Positions 9,962 to 19,913 of a stretch of DNA of 64,000 bases are shown one piece after another (the first letter of the stretch is position 1; the number at the start of each line of letters is the position of its first letter). The notes under the pieces were generated by a model. That model had not been told where the DNA came from. It did not search any database and saw only the letters and a program-made list of their open reading frames with translations. The stretch is from an uncultured bacterium. GTDB taxonomy: Bacteria; Babelota; Babeliae; Babelales; RVW-14. The DNA lies in contig CAVXAT010000005.1 of the NCBI GenBank assembly GCA_963759805.1, forward strand, positions 1 to 64,000, in the 5' to 3' direction. The position numbers were made by a program, and so were the translations under genes.

Positions 9962-10105
9962 ATGGCAGTCAAGAGAAAAGCAAAAAAGGTAGCTAAGAAG
10001 GCTAAGAAAGTTGCCAAGAAAAAGGTAGCTAAGAAAGCCAAGAAAGTTGCCAAGAAGGTTGCTAAAAAGGTAACCAAAAAAGTCGGCATGAAACTTGTCA
10101 AGTAA
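9962..10105 (+). CDS. 47-aa lysine-rich histone-H1-like protein
   Basis: AAGGAG RBS, KKVAKK repeats, terminator downstream. Confidence 0.8.
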   Translation: MAVKRKAKKVAKKAKKVAKKKVAKKAKKVAKKVAKKVTKKVGMKLVK

Positions 10106-10129
10106 TATACTTTGACAGTTGCAGATTTT

Positions 10130-10159
10130 AAAGCGATCCATAATCGGGTCGCTTTTTTT
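10130..10159 (+). terminator. Rho-independent terminator
   Basis: AAAGCGATCC-ATAATC-GGGTCGCTTT plus T run. Confidence 0.8.
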
Positions 10160-10167
10160 ATTTGTCT

Positions 10168-10196
10168 TTGACAAAACAGTCACTTGTATTTATTAT
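10168..10196 (+). promoter_or_regulatory. sigma70-type promoter for ndk
   Basis: TTGACA-N17-TATTAT. Confidence 0.6.
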
Positions 10197-10254
10197 AATT
10201 GCTCTTGCTGTAGGAGCATTTTGTATAACATATAAACTAGAAGGATTTTAAGAG

Positions 10255-10758
10255 ATGATTCGTGCAAATAACGTTTCTAAAACATTGATCATGGGCGGAG
10301 TATTTACAGTTATTGCGTTGATTGGAATTGCATTTTGGTACATCAAATTTGCAAGCAAGCCTGAAATTCAGCACACACTTGCAATCATAAAACCTGATGC
10401 GGTAGCAGCTGGAAACAGAGGGAAAATAATAGATAAAATTGAACAGAGCGGATTCAAAATTATCGCAATAAAACAAACCGAGTTAACTAAGGAAAAGGCT
10501 GAAGAATTCTATGCCATTCATAAAGGCAAGCCTTTCTTTGATGAAATTATCAGCTTTATGATCAGCGGCCCAATTGTGGTGCTTGTACTTGAAAAAGAGA
10601 ATGCCATTGAACAATGGCGCAAGCTCATGGGCAAGGCAGAGATTGAAGGAACATTGCGCAACCTTTTTGGAACAAGTGTTACCAAAAATGCAGTGCACGG
10701 TTCTGACTCTCCTGAAACAGCAAAAATTGAAATTAAGCTGTTCTTCCCAGAACTTTAA
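10255..10758 (+). CDS. ndk: Nucleoside diphosphate kinase with N-terminal hydrophobic anchor
   Basis: TLAIIKPDAV, HKGKPFF, SGP, GTLR, NAVHGSDS. Confidence 0.95.
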   Translation: MIRANNVSKTLIMGGVFTVIALIGIAFWYIKFASKPEIQHTLAIIKPDAVAAGNRGKIIDKIEQSGFKIIAIKQTELTKEKAEEFYAIHKGKPFFDEIISFMISGPIVVLVLEKENAIEQWRKLMGKAEIEGTLRNLFGTSVTKNAVHGSDSPETAKIEIKLFFPEL

Positions 10759-10781
10759 AATTTAAGTTTTTATATAATTTT

Positions 10782-10827
10782 AATAAGAGGACGCAAGTCG
10801 AAAGATTTGCGCCCTCTTATTTTTTTT
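10782..10827. terminator. Terminator hairpin between convergent ndk and clpB
   Basis: AATAAGAGGACGCAAGTC-GAAA-GATTTGCGCCCTCTTATT plus T run. Confidence 0.8.
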
Positions 10828-13384
10828 ATTCAATCACAATCTGATTCTTTTTGGCATCGATTGTAAAAAGTTTTTTATCGGGATTTTTAAGAATTTCTAC
10901 TGAAAGCGGACTAACTACGTAATGTTGTACCGCACGCTTTAACGGTCTGGCCCCAAACTCTTTTTGATATCCAAGTTCTGCCAAAGCTTCAATCGCTTTA
11001 CTTGTAATCTCAAGCTCAATATTTTTCTCTTTCAATCGATCGCTCAGATAATCAAGCTGAATACGTACAATCTGCTCAATATCTCTTTGGTTCAAAGATT
11101 TGAAGAATACAACCTCGTCAATTCTATTTAAAAGCTCAGGTCGAAAGAATTTGAAAAGCAATGCATCGATCTCTTTGCGAACTTTTTCTGTAATATCGCC
11201 GGCGGCTAAAATTAAGTCTGAACCTATGTTGGAAGTCATGATAATTATGCAATTTTTAAATGACACGGTACGACCTTGAGAATCTGTCAGATGGCCTTCA
11301 TCAAGTATCTGTAAAAAAATATTAAACACATCAGGATGCGCCTTTTCGATCTCATCAAAGAGTACTACGCTGTAAGGATTTTTACGCACGGCCTCGGTCA
11401 GCTGGCCACCCTCTTCGTAGCCAACATACCCCGGAGGAGCTCCAATCAGACGGGCCACCGCATGCTTTTCCATATATTCAGACATATCAATGCGAATCAT
11501 CTTGCGCTCATCATTGAAAAGATAATCAGCCAAAGTCTTGGCAACCTCGGTTTTTCCAACACCGGTTGGACCAAGAAATAGAAATGATCCGATTGGTTTG
11601 TTTGGATCACCAATTCCTGATCTATGAATTCGAATAGTATCAGAAATTTTGGTAATAGCCTCCTCCTGACCAATAACTCTTTTGTGCAATTCGCTTTCCA
11701 TATTGATCAACTTCTGGCTTTCGTCAGCCTTAAGTTTTTCAACCGGAATATGTAACCAACGGGAGAGCACAAGTTCAATATCATCTTCATCAACTTCTTC
11801 TTTGATTAGGTGAGTCTTGAGTTTTTTAAGCTTGTCCTGCTCCTGAGCTAACTTTTTCTCAAGCTCAACAATTTTGCCATATTTAATTTTGGAGGCTTTG
11901 GCAAAATCGCCTTCTCGTTCGGCTTGTGAAAATTCAACTTTTGCATTATCAATCTGCTCTTTTATTTTTTGCATAACCTCTAGCGGCTTACGCTCTGCTT
12001 GCCACTCTTCAGTTTTGATTCGATGTGATTCTTTGAGCTCGCAAAGCTCTTTTTCTAACTCTTTGAGCCTAACCTGCGAATTCTCATCTTTCTCTTTACT
12101 CAAAGCCACTTTTTCAATCTCAAGCTGCCTTATGCGGCGATCAAGCTGGTCAAGCTCTTCGGGTTTTGAATCAATGGCCATTTTAACCATTGATGCCGCT
12201 TCGTCGATTAAATCAATGGCCTTATCCGGTAAAAATCTATCAGGAATCATGCGCGACGAAAGAATTACAGCTTTGACTAGCGCTTGATCTTTAATTCTAA
12301 TTCCATGATGTAACTCGTATCGCTCTTTTAACCCACGCAAAATTGAGATTGCGTCTTGATCGTTAGGCTCTTCAATTAAAACTTTTTGGAATCTACGCTC
12401 AAGTGCCGCGTCTTTTTCTATATATTTTTTATATTCGACAATGGTGGTTGCGCCAATGCAATGCAACATCCCACGGGCAAGGGCCGGTTTTAATAAATTT
12501 GAAGCATCCATACCTCCATTTGTGGCGCCGGCACCAACAAGCATATGCAATTCATCGATAAAAAGAATTATCCCCTCCGGCTCTTTTTCAATCGCATGTA
12601 AAATCGACTTTAGACGCTCTTCAAATTCGCCGCGATATTTTGTTCCTGCTATCAATGACCCAAGATCAAGTGATAAAATTCTACGATTCTTAAGGCCCTC
12701 CGGAACATCATTATCGATTATACGCTGCGCTATACCTTCAACAATGGCAGTTTTCCCTACACCCGGATCACCGACAAGCACAGGATTGTTTTTGGTACGA
12801 CGTGACAAAATTTGAACGACTCGCCGAATTTCATCGTTACGGCCAATGACAGGATCCAGCTTGCCATCGCGAGCAAGCTTGGTTAAATCTTTACAATACT
12901 TTTCTAAAACCTGATAACCACTCTCCGCATTCTGATTTTTCACCGCTTCTCCTCCCCTCAAACTTTTAACCCATTCCAAAACCTTTTGCCCTGTAAAACC
13001 ATTTTGTTTGAAATACTGTTGGATTTGACTTGGCAGTGTTGATGTTTTTGCAAATGCCAAAATGCATACATCAAGGCTTATAAATTCGTCTCCAAGAACT
13101 TTTGCCTCCTTTTCGCATTCGTTCAAAAATTTCTGAAAAGAATGATCTACTGATATCTGCCCACCGGTAACTTTTGGTAATCGAGCAAGCTCTTGCTCAA
13201 CAATCACCCTCAATCCATCAATATCAAGTCCGCATGCACGAAAGCCTGATGCACAAAAATCGTTATTCAAAGCAGAGGACAAAAGTTGGATTGGCGAAAA
13301 TGTTGAATACTGCTCTTGAGTTGATAACGTATACGCTTCTTGAAGAAGCTCTGTGAAAGCATTTGTAAATTTTTCTGAATTCAT
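10826..13384 (-). CDS. clpB: ClpB chaperone
   Basis: Two AAA+ modules ([16 protein letters not shown]), coiled-coil middle domain, GARPLKR. Confidence 0.97.
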   Translation of the reverse strand: MNSEKFTNAFTELLQEAYTLSTQEQYSTFSPIQLLSSALNNDFCASGFRACGLDIDGLRVIVEQELARLPKVTGGQISVDHSFQKFLNECEKEAKVLGDEFISLDVCILAFAKTSTLPSQIQQYFKQNGFTGQKVLEWVKSLRGGEAVKNQNAESGYQVLEKYCKDLTKLARDGKLDPVIGRNDEIRRVVQILSRRTKNNPVLVGDPGVGKTAIVEGIAQRIIDNDVPEGLKNRRILSLDLGSLIAGTKYRGEFEERLKSILHAIEKEPEGIILFIDELHMLVGAGATNGGMDASNLLKPALARGMLHCIGATTIVEYKKYIEKDAALERRFQKVLIEEPNDQDAISILRGLKERYELHHGIRIKDQALVKAVILSSRMIPDRFLPDKAIDLIDEAASMVKMAIDSKPEELDQLDRRIRQLEIEKVALSKEKDENSQVRLKELEKELCELKESHRIKTEEWQAERKPLEVMQKIKEQIDNAKVEFSQAEREGDFAKASKIKYGKIVELEKKLAQEQDKLKKLKTHLIKEEVDEDDIELVLSRWLHIPVEKLKADESQKLINMESELHKRVIGQEEAITKISDTIRIHRSGIGDPNKPIGSFLFLGPTGVGKTEVAKTLADYLFNDERKMIRIDMSEYMEKHAVARLIGAPPGYVGYEEGGQLTEAVRKNPYSVVLFDEIEKAHPDVFNIFLQILDEGHLTDSQGRTVSFKNCIIIMTSNIGSDLILAAGDITEKVRKEIDALLFKFFRPELLNRIDEVVFFKSLNQRDIEQIVRIQLDYLSDRLKEKNIELEITSKAIEALAELGYQKEFGARPLKRAVQHYVVSPLSVEILKNPDKKLFTIDAKKNQIVIE

Positions 13385-13411
13385 GCAAAAACTCCCCAAT
13401 TTTTCAAAAAT

Positions 13412-14542
13412 CTAAGCCAACTCTGCGAATTGCTCACGCGGGATTGGAACATAACTCAGATGCAAAGATCTTCCCCAAGCTCTTAAAAAACTGCGCAACC
13501 TATACGCCTTTGGTGTGTAAGAATTTCTAGGAAATGCCGGATCTATACACAACACGCACTGTTTTTCTTTATTCCATCCCACAACAACCATTAAATGACC
13601 ATTGCTGTAAGAGGTCGCGCCACCACGTAATTTGCGAACACTAACCGCCACTGGAATCTTTTTTGAAAGATATTTATATAGGTCACTGAAATAGTTCAAC
13701 CTCTCAACCCGGAAAAAAACATTTCCATAAGTTGCATCGTGAGCCGCAGCAACATTAAGCGGCCAGTTGCCGTAAATATTTAGATATCCATTGTCATAAA
13801 CTTTATCCGCAAAATCAACCATGTAACTGTTCAGATCATTCGAGCAGTAACCATAAAGTTTTTTGTTAAAGTAATTTACAATAATTCCTGTGGAAGTTGG
13901 CGAGCACAAGTCACGATAACGCGGATGATTTAAAACCATTTGAGACTGTCTTGGCACACCATTAACAATCACAGAGGGAAGATTTGAGGCATAAGAGCCA
14001 TCTCTGAATTTTTTAACATTTGATAAACAGGCAAACAGGGCTTTTAGATTCTTTGGATTGGCACCATTTTGAAACACAACCTTCACCTGAAATGCTCTGC
14101 CCAATTGACCTTTTTTTAATTCTACCTTGCTATGCGTTGTATGCACATAACGGTTGAGCTTGTTAACAAAAGTTCGCTGCGATGTTGCTCCCCACTCAGC
14201 CAAACGCTGCCATCCGGCCCATGAGTTGTGTTTTATATTGACCCAAAAAGTCAGTTTCCCACATTCGGGACGCATAGCATTCCATGATAAAATAAACTCG
14301 GTGAAAGGAAAATTCGGTTCACATTCCCAAATGAAAGACTTTTGCCCGGGATCGATTTCACCTTCAAAAATATATCTTGATACAGTTTTTGAAAATTTTT
14401 CATTACTAAAAGTTTGAGCTGAATCCGAATGTCTTCGCCCTCTTACTCTTTTTGTATTGGCATACGCAGCCAAAGAGTTAAACACGAGGCTCAGCATCAA
14501 AAGTAAAAAAATCCGTCTTTTAAATCCATTAAAAATCTTCAT
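13412..14542 (-). CDS. Exported C39-like cysteine peptidase
   Basis: Signal peptide; SQM..LCSPTS, YGNWP, GHLMVVVG, IDPA. Confidence 0.8.
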   Translation of the reverse strand: MKIFNGFKRRIFLLLMLSLVFNSLAAYANTKRVRGRRHSDSAQTFSNEKFSKTVSRYIFEGEIDPGQKSFIWECEPNFPFTEFILSWNAMRPECGKLTFWVNIKHNSWAGWQRLAEWGATSQRTFVNKLNRYVHTTHSKVELKKGQLGRAFQVKVVFQNGANPKNLKALFACLSNVKKFRDGSYASNLPSVIVNGVPRQSQMVLNHPRYRDLCSPTSTGIIVNYFNKKLYGYCSNDLNSYMVDFADKVYDNGYLNIYGNWPLNVAAAHDATYGNVFFRVERLNYFSDLYKYLSKKIPVAVSVRKLRGGATSYSNGHLMVVVGWNKEKQCVLCIDPAFPRNSYTPKAYRLRSFLRAWGRSLHLSYVPIPREQFAELA

Positions 14543-14600
14543 TAACCTTCCCCCCTGATATGAATTACCCGAAACCCTAAACAACTTTGAAGCTCGCCTA

Positions 14601-16070
14601 TTACTTTCCTACGCAAAATTCGTTAAAAACTGAGTCTAACACGCGCTCGTTAATATTTCGGCCTGTTAGCTCAGACATAAGCTCCAAAATTTCTTTAAGC
14701 CTGTAAGCTATTAATTCATATTCTAGGGAATTAAGCTGATTTTTTACAACAGAATCAAATTTTAGCTCAATTTCAGTAATTAACCTGGCCTGCCTTTGAT
14801 TTAATAAAAATGAAGACTGCTGCATTGAAAAAATGTCTTTTATCTTATTTTTTACAGCTTGCACCAATGCGGGCATTCCGCTCCTTTCCTTGCCTGAAAC
14901 TGAAATAATGTTAGTATAGTCTTTTAAAAAAACATTCAATTCGCTTGCCCAAGCACCTATTTTTGTATCTGTTTTTTCAAAATCTGACCGATCAATTTTA
15001 TTTACGACAAAGATAACTTTTTCTAAATATAAATCAATAATTTCTTTGTATCTAAACTTCTGCTCTGCACTCAAATTTTGTGTGGCGTCAAAAACGAGCA
15101 GTATCAGGTCAGCAGTTTGGGCCTGGGATAAAGATCTTTCCATGCCCTGAATTTCAATAACATCCCCCGACTGGCGCAATCCAGCCGTATCAATGAACGT
15201 TAAAAAAATCCCATTATCATAAATACTTGATTCAATCGTATCTCGTGTTGTTCCTTCTACCTGAGAAACTATGGCTCTTTCTTGATTTATAAGCGCATTA
15301 AATAGAGTAGATTTTCCAGTATTAACAAGACCAAGCAGCGCAATTTTTACGCCTTCACGAATCTGCTTTTGTTGGTTGAAATTAACTTTAACATCATTTA
15401 ATTTTTTCAAAATTTGGCTGCTGTGTGTTTTTATTGACTGATTTAAATCAATGTCCCTCTGCTCTTCTTCAATAAACTCAAAACAGGCCTCAACAAGCCC
15501 AAGTAGTTTAACAAAATCAGCCTGCAGTCCGAAAAGAAAATTGGATAAAGTTCCGTGTAACTGCTCCAGTGATCTTTTCAGAGCAAGTTCGTTTTGTGCA
15601 TTAATAAGATCATTAATTGCTTCGGCTTGAACCAGATTTATTTTATCGTTTAGAACGGCACGTCTTGAAAACTCACCCGGTCGAGCCATTCTGGCGCCAT
15701 GCAGGCAAGAAAGTTGAATGATTTTTTCTATAATAAACGGATTATTGTGACAACTAATCTCAATTGTGTCCTGACCGGTAAATGTTCTTGGCCCACGCAT
15801 CAGGAAAAACAGGACGTCGTCGATTTTTGAGTTACTATTTTCCGGATCAAATATAAAACCAAACTTGATAGTATGGGATTCAACTTGCGATACACTTTTT
15901 CCACAAGCAAGCTTAGACATAAGCTGAATAACATCAAAAACATCCTGGCCGGAAAGACGAACCAACGCCAGTGCGCCACTTCCCTGAGGCGTGCACAAGG
16001 CTACAATCGTCTGCTGATCATCAGCTAGACAAGTTTCATTAGTTGAACTTATCTCATTTCGACGAGTCAT
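14601..16070 (-). CDS. mnmE: tRNA modification GTPase MnmE
   Basis: TIVALCTP, PRTFTGQD, GKST, GTTRD, DTAG, NKID, FCVGK. Confidence 0.97.
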   Translation of the reverse strand: MTRRNEISSTNETCLADDQQTIVALCTPQGSGALALVRLSGQDVFDVIQLMSKLACGKSVSQVESHTIKFGFIFDPENSNSKIDDVLFFLMRGPRTFTGQDTIEISCHNNPFIIEKIIQLSCLHGARMARPGEFSRRAVLNDKINLVQAEAINDLINAQNELALKRSLEQLHGTLSNFLFGLQADFVKLLGLVEACFEFIEEEQRDIDLNQSIKTHSSQILKKLNDVKVNFNQQKQIREGVKIALLGLVNTGKSTLFNALINQERAIVSQVEGTTRDTIESSIYDNGIFLTFIDTAGLRQSGDVIEIQGMERSLSQAQTADLILLVFDATQNLSAEQKFRYKEIIDLYLEKVIFVVNKIDRSDFEKTDTKIGAWASELNVFLKDYTNIISVSGKERSGMPALVQAVKNKIKDIFSMQQSSFLLNQRQARLITEIELKFDSVVKNQLNSLEYELIAYRLKEILELMSELTGRNINERVLDSVFNEFCVGK

Positions 16071-16782
16071 TGGAGGCAGAAATAGTTATAAGAATTTGAT
16101 AACCGCGAAATTTCTTTTTATATTTTCGCTTCAGATACTGCATTAAAATGTACGAAATGCTGGCAGCGACAGCCCTATTCTCATCTTCATTTTCCATTAA
16201 CTGCTTATCGAAAATTACCGTAAGGGTCTTTTTATCGATTTTGGTAGTAAACTTGGCGTTGAACGGCAAAACTTTTAATAAATCACTTAGCCCATCAGAA
16301 ACAAAATTTACCCAATCGATAATCCAAATTTGTGATTCTTCAGGAGATAAAGACCCCTGACCCTGAATTCCCTTTGCTCCGCTTTTCAACTGTTCAGCTT
16401 TTACATTGGCAACTTTTGAAGCTGCGGCTTGTTGCTGACGTCTGATAAATTCCTGAGAATCAGCGCTTTGCATTCTGCCACGATCGGGCTGCTGCTGATT
16501 TCTGTCAGGTCTATCCATTTGACGGGGAGCGTAATCCGGCTTTGGTCTTCTTTGTTGGGTTTCTCTTTGCAGAGTCTCTCGCTCTTTAAATCTACTTTTT
16601 TCAGGAGCCCTAACTGCATTGAAGGTGATTGAGACTATTGCAGGTCGCTTAGCAAAGCCAAGAAAGCCCTTTTCGCCCTCTTCAAGAATTTTAATCGTAA
16701 ATTCGGATGGCTTGCCAGATTCAGTCCAGGCCTTTTCGATTGCATCTATGACAGAAGAAGCTTCGTGAAGCATTGATTTCAT
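16054..16782 (-). CDS. Jag/EloR N-terminal-domain protein
   Basis: EEGEKGFLGFAKRPAIV Jag_N motif; directly upstream of mnmE; no recognisable R3H domain. Confidence 0.75.
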   Translation of the reverse strand: MKSMLHEASSVIDAIEKAWTESGKPSEFTIKILEEGEKGFLGFAKRPAIVSITFNAVRAPEKSRFKERETLQRETQQRRPKPDYAPRQMDRPDRNQQQPDRGRMQSADSQEFIRRQQQAAASKVANVKAEQLKSGAKGIQGQGSLSPEESQIWIIDWVNFVSDGLSDLLKVLPFNAKFTTKIDKKTLTVIFDKQLMENEDENRAVAASISYILMQYLKRKYKKKFRGYQILITISASNDSSK

Positions 16783-16970
16783 TGTTACAAAATCCTTTTT
16801 CGTAAAAACCTTTGATTTGCCTTCAAATTTTTGCAGTAATTAGCAATTAACAATTTCACAGTACAAGATCCTAAAAAAACCTTTTTTCATCCATTTTCTA
16901 ACCAATTCTACACTAAAAAATCTATCAGAATTTTATATCCAGTGCAAACAGAACATTTTTTTGAGGTTTT

Positions 16971-17045
16971 TGGAGCGGGAAACGGGATTCGAACCCGCGA
17001 CCCTTGCCTTGGCAAGGCAATGCTCTACCACTGAGCTATTCCCGC
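16971..17045 (-). tRNA. tRNA-Gly(GCC)
   Basis: GCGGGAA acceptor, TTGCC-TTGCCAA-GGCAA anticodon arm, TCCA end. Confidence 0.97.
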
Positions 17046-17156
17046 AAGAGGTCAAAAAGTTAAAAAGGATTCAAATTATCTGCTTAAACTTTATATACAA
17101 AAAACCTGCTTGTCAAATAAATTTTTTCAAGAATTATGCCCCAATTTATACGTGAA

Positions 17157-19001
17157 TTACACGTGTACTACGGTCACAACCCCATGTAGCTTATTTCGTG
17201 GCAATTCATGGAATTGCACAAAGGATGGAGATAGGCGTTTAATAATCGAAAAGATGCGCAAAAAAATGTTTTTTGTAACAATCTCATCAAGTCCGTAAAA
17301 TATCACTTTGGCGTTAATCCCCGCGTTTTTTAGCACACTTTCAACGTTGAGCACCTCCATGTACCCGCAATGAATTTCAAATATGCGCAACCCGGCCGAT
17401 ATCTCTCCCTTAAAAAATCCAATAATACCGTACGGATCCTCTCTCTGAATAACTGAGACAAGAATATTATCTTCATAAATTATCCCGTTCTCAAACATTG
17501 CCTGAGAGACATATGTCGAAATCGCCTGTGTATCTCGAACAAAAAACAACGCCGTTCCACTAAGTTTTCCGGCAGAAGAGTAAGCCTGAGCAAATGTGCT
17601 AATAAAATTTTCCAAAGGCACAGGCTGCAATGCGCTACGTGCTTTTGCCTGTCCTAAAACATAAATAAGAATTATTGAGAGTGGAACCATTGCTATTAAA
17701 ATGGACCAGTACCCACCCTGTGGAATTTTGAACATCGTTGATGCAAAGAAAATAAGGTTGATTAAAGCAAGAAAACCGGCCAAAAATCGCTTAATTTTAT
17801 TTTTACGCAACCAGAAGATAGCCGTCATCATAATTCCGGTTATCACCATTGTTCCGCTTACCGCGAATCCATATGCTTCTGCCAAATTCAAAGACTTCTT
17901 AAAATTAATAATCATAAACAGTACGGCCCCAAGTAACGTCCAATTTACAAAACCAATGTAAACCTGTGAATGCATCCTGCTTGACGTATACTCTATCTTA
18001 AACATTGGCATAATCTGAGTTGTAATTCCCTGATAAACAACGGCAAAAATTCCGCTAATCATGGCCTGAGAAGCAATTACTGTAGCCATCAAACTTAAAA
18101 TTAAAAACGGCACATAAAGCCAACTTACCTGCCCAAGAAACATTTCATAGATTATTATTTTTGAATTTGGATTTTGAATTAAGTAGGCTCCCTGCCCCAG
18201 ATAAGTGGAAATTAGCGCAACAAAAACAAAGCCCCAAGCGTGCTGTACAGGCTTCCGGCCTAAATGCCCCATATCTGCATACAAAGCTTCAGCTCCGGTC
18301 GCGCAAAGCATGACACCTGATAAAATAAAAAAGCCCCACCATCCTGAAGTCAAAACAAATTTAATTCCATAGTATGGGCTTAGGGCCTTTAAAATAAATG
18401 GGTTCTGAGCGATTACGAAAAAACCGGATGCAAAAATTGCTAAAAACCAGAGGACCATAACTGGGCCAAAAGCGCTGGAAACAGTTTCTACGCCTTTACG
18501 CTGAACCCAAAACAAGCCAAATGTTATAAGGCACGCAGTCATAACAAGCGTCGCAGTCTTTAAATGCTCAAATCCGGGAATGTAAAGAAGTCCTTCAACG
18601 GCACTCAAAATACTTATCGCCGGAGTTATTACACCATCCCCAATGAATAATGCTATACCTACAAATGAGAGAATTGTAATAAATGTAATTTGGAATTTTG
18701 ATTTTAAGAGAGATTTTAGTATCTCACGCAGAACTATCGTGCCTCCTTCACCCTTTTTACTTAAACTCATTGCAAGCCATGAGTATTCAACGCAAACAAG
18801 CATAAAAAGAGTCCATATAATCAAAGACACAACCCCAATTACATTTTCCGCAGAAGGACGAATTAAAGAAAAAATTACAGGCAAAGTATAAATTGGACTT
18901 GTTCCGATGTCTCCAAAAACTATCCCCAAAGCCTTGATGATATCTTTGATCTGTTTGGGCGCAATATTTGGCCTTGGAATAAGCAAACGAGAATCCGTCA
19001 T
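17157..19001 (-). CDS. kup: KUP/HAK/KT potassium transporter
   Basis: GIVFGDIGTSPIY, GEGG, GDGVITPAISILSAVEG, GAEALYADMGH. Confidence 0.96.
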   Translation of the reverse strand: MTDSRLLIPRPNIAPKQIKDIIKALGIVFGDIGTSPIYTLPVIFSLIRPSAENVIGVVSLIIWTLFMLVCVEYSWLAMSLSKKGEGGTIVLREILKSLLKSKFQITFITILSFVGIALFIGDGVITPAISILSAVEGLLYIPGFEHLKTATLVMTACLITFGLFWVQRKGVETVSSAFGPVMVLWFLAIFASGFFVIAQNPFILKALSPYYGIKFVLTSGWWGFFILSGVMLCATGAEALYADMGHLGRKPVQHAWGFVFVALISTYLGQGAYLIQNPNSKIIIYEMFLGQVSWLYVPFLILSLMATVIASQAMISGIFAVVYQGITTQIMPMFKIEYTSSRMHSQVYIGFVNWTLLGAVLFMIINFKKSLNLAEAYGFAVSGTMVITGIMMTAIFWLRKNKIKRFLAGFLALINLIFFASTMFKIPQGGYWSILIAMVPLSIILIYVLGQAKARSALQPVPLENFISTFAQAYSSAGKLSGTALFFVRDTQAISTYVSQAMFENGIIYEDNILVSVIQREDPYGIIGFFKGEISAGLRIFEIHCGYMEVLNVESVLKNAGINAKVIFYGLDEIVTKNIFLRIFSIIKRLSPSFVQFHELPRNKLHGVVTVVHV

Positions 19002-19130
19002 AAAACCCTCTCTATTTTTTTATTTTTTGTTACACTAATTTTTTGGTTACCTATGAGTCTTACTAAAAAGTACATAAAAAACAAGAATAATCAAAAAAAT
19101 AAACGTACTAAAATATCGAAAGGCAACATT

Positions 19131-19610
19131 ATGAAAAAATCATTAAAAATTGCATTTTTTGCCGCAATATTGGCAACTGCACAGTCATCCAAGGGTGCAA
19201 CCGTAATTATCAATAATACTGCGCCACTTAAAATTGAAATTAGTTTTGACTTAATGGCTTACCCTGATAACAAAAAGACGATCAGCGAAAACTCAACCCT
19301 AAAAGAAGATATTGGCAAAGTGTTCTTACGAGGCGTATCTGTTGGAGTTCACATTGGGAATAATTTCATAGAAAATGTTTTAAGTGAAAATTTATCACAA
19401 ACACTTGGATTAGGGGATATTGAGTACTACGTGTTCAGTGAACTAAAAAACGACGGCAGAAAAAATAGCGCCGGCGAATTTGTTGTTGAATTCAAACTTT
19501 ACCTGATCAGACTACCAAGATTCATCTATTCAGGTGGATGCGTAGCAACAAGTAAGACCTTCAAAGTTGTCACAAAAGACTTTGAAACATTTAGATTAAT
19601 TAAAGAATAG
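19131..19610 (+). CDS. Hypothetical exported protein
   Basis: MKKSLKIAFFAAILATA signal peptide; 159-aa ORF. Confidence 0.6.
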   Translation: MKKSLKIAFFAAILATAQSSKGATVIINNTAPLKIEISFDLMAYPDNKKTISENSTLKEDIGKVFLRGVSVGVHIGNNFIENVLSENLSQTLGLGDIEYYVFSELKNDGRKNSAGEFVVEFKLYLIRLPRFIYSGGCVATSKTFKVVTKDFETFRLIKE

Positions 19611-19731
19611 ACAGAACAAAGCTGTAACAACTCTGAATCCAGCAACTCAGAGGGAATTTCTATAGATTATGCAACAACTAATAACAGGTAAAAAAACAGG
19701 CGGAAAACTTTACAAACACCCGTATTTTCGG

Positions 19732-19760
19732 TTGACAACAAGCAACATCCCAGGTAGGCT
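19732..19760 (+). promoter_or_regulatory. sigma70-type promoter for tRNA-Phe/ffh
   Basis: TTGACA-N17-TAGGCT. Confidence 0.6.
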
Positions 19761-19797
19761 ACAGCTTGTGATATTTATTAAAAATTAGGTATTGAGT

Positions 19798-19873
19798 GCC
19801 AGGGTAGCTCAGGTGGTAGAGCAGAAGACTGAAAATCTTTGTGTCAGCGGTTCAACTCCGCTCCTTGGCACCA
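19798..19873 (+). tRNA. tRNA-Phe(GAA)
   Basis: GCCAGGG/CCTTGGC acceptor, GAAGA-CTGAAAA-TCTTT, ACCA end. Confidence 0.96.
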
Positions 19874-19913
19874 TTTTTTTGTCTATATTTTAGTCATCTA
19901 TTGTGGAAATAAA

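Noticed and set aside
9808..10183. Hydrophobic FLAT-repeat ORFs on the minus strand
   Set aside because: Antisense shadow of the lysine-rich gene, which has the RBS and terminator
11336..12815. Long antisense ORFs inside clpB and other large genes
   Set aside because: Shadow frames of well-supported genes, with no motifs of their own
19839..19913. N-terminal extension of Ffh in the ORF track
   Set aside because: Overlaps tRNA-Phe; the conserved start is MFNFL at 19914
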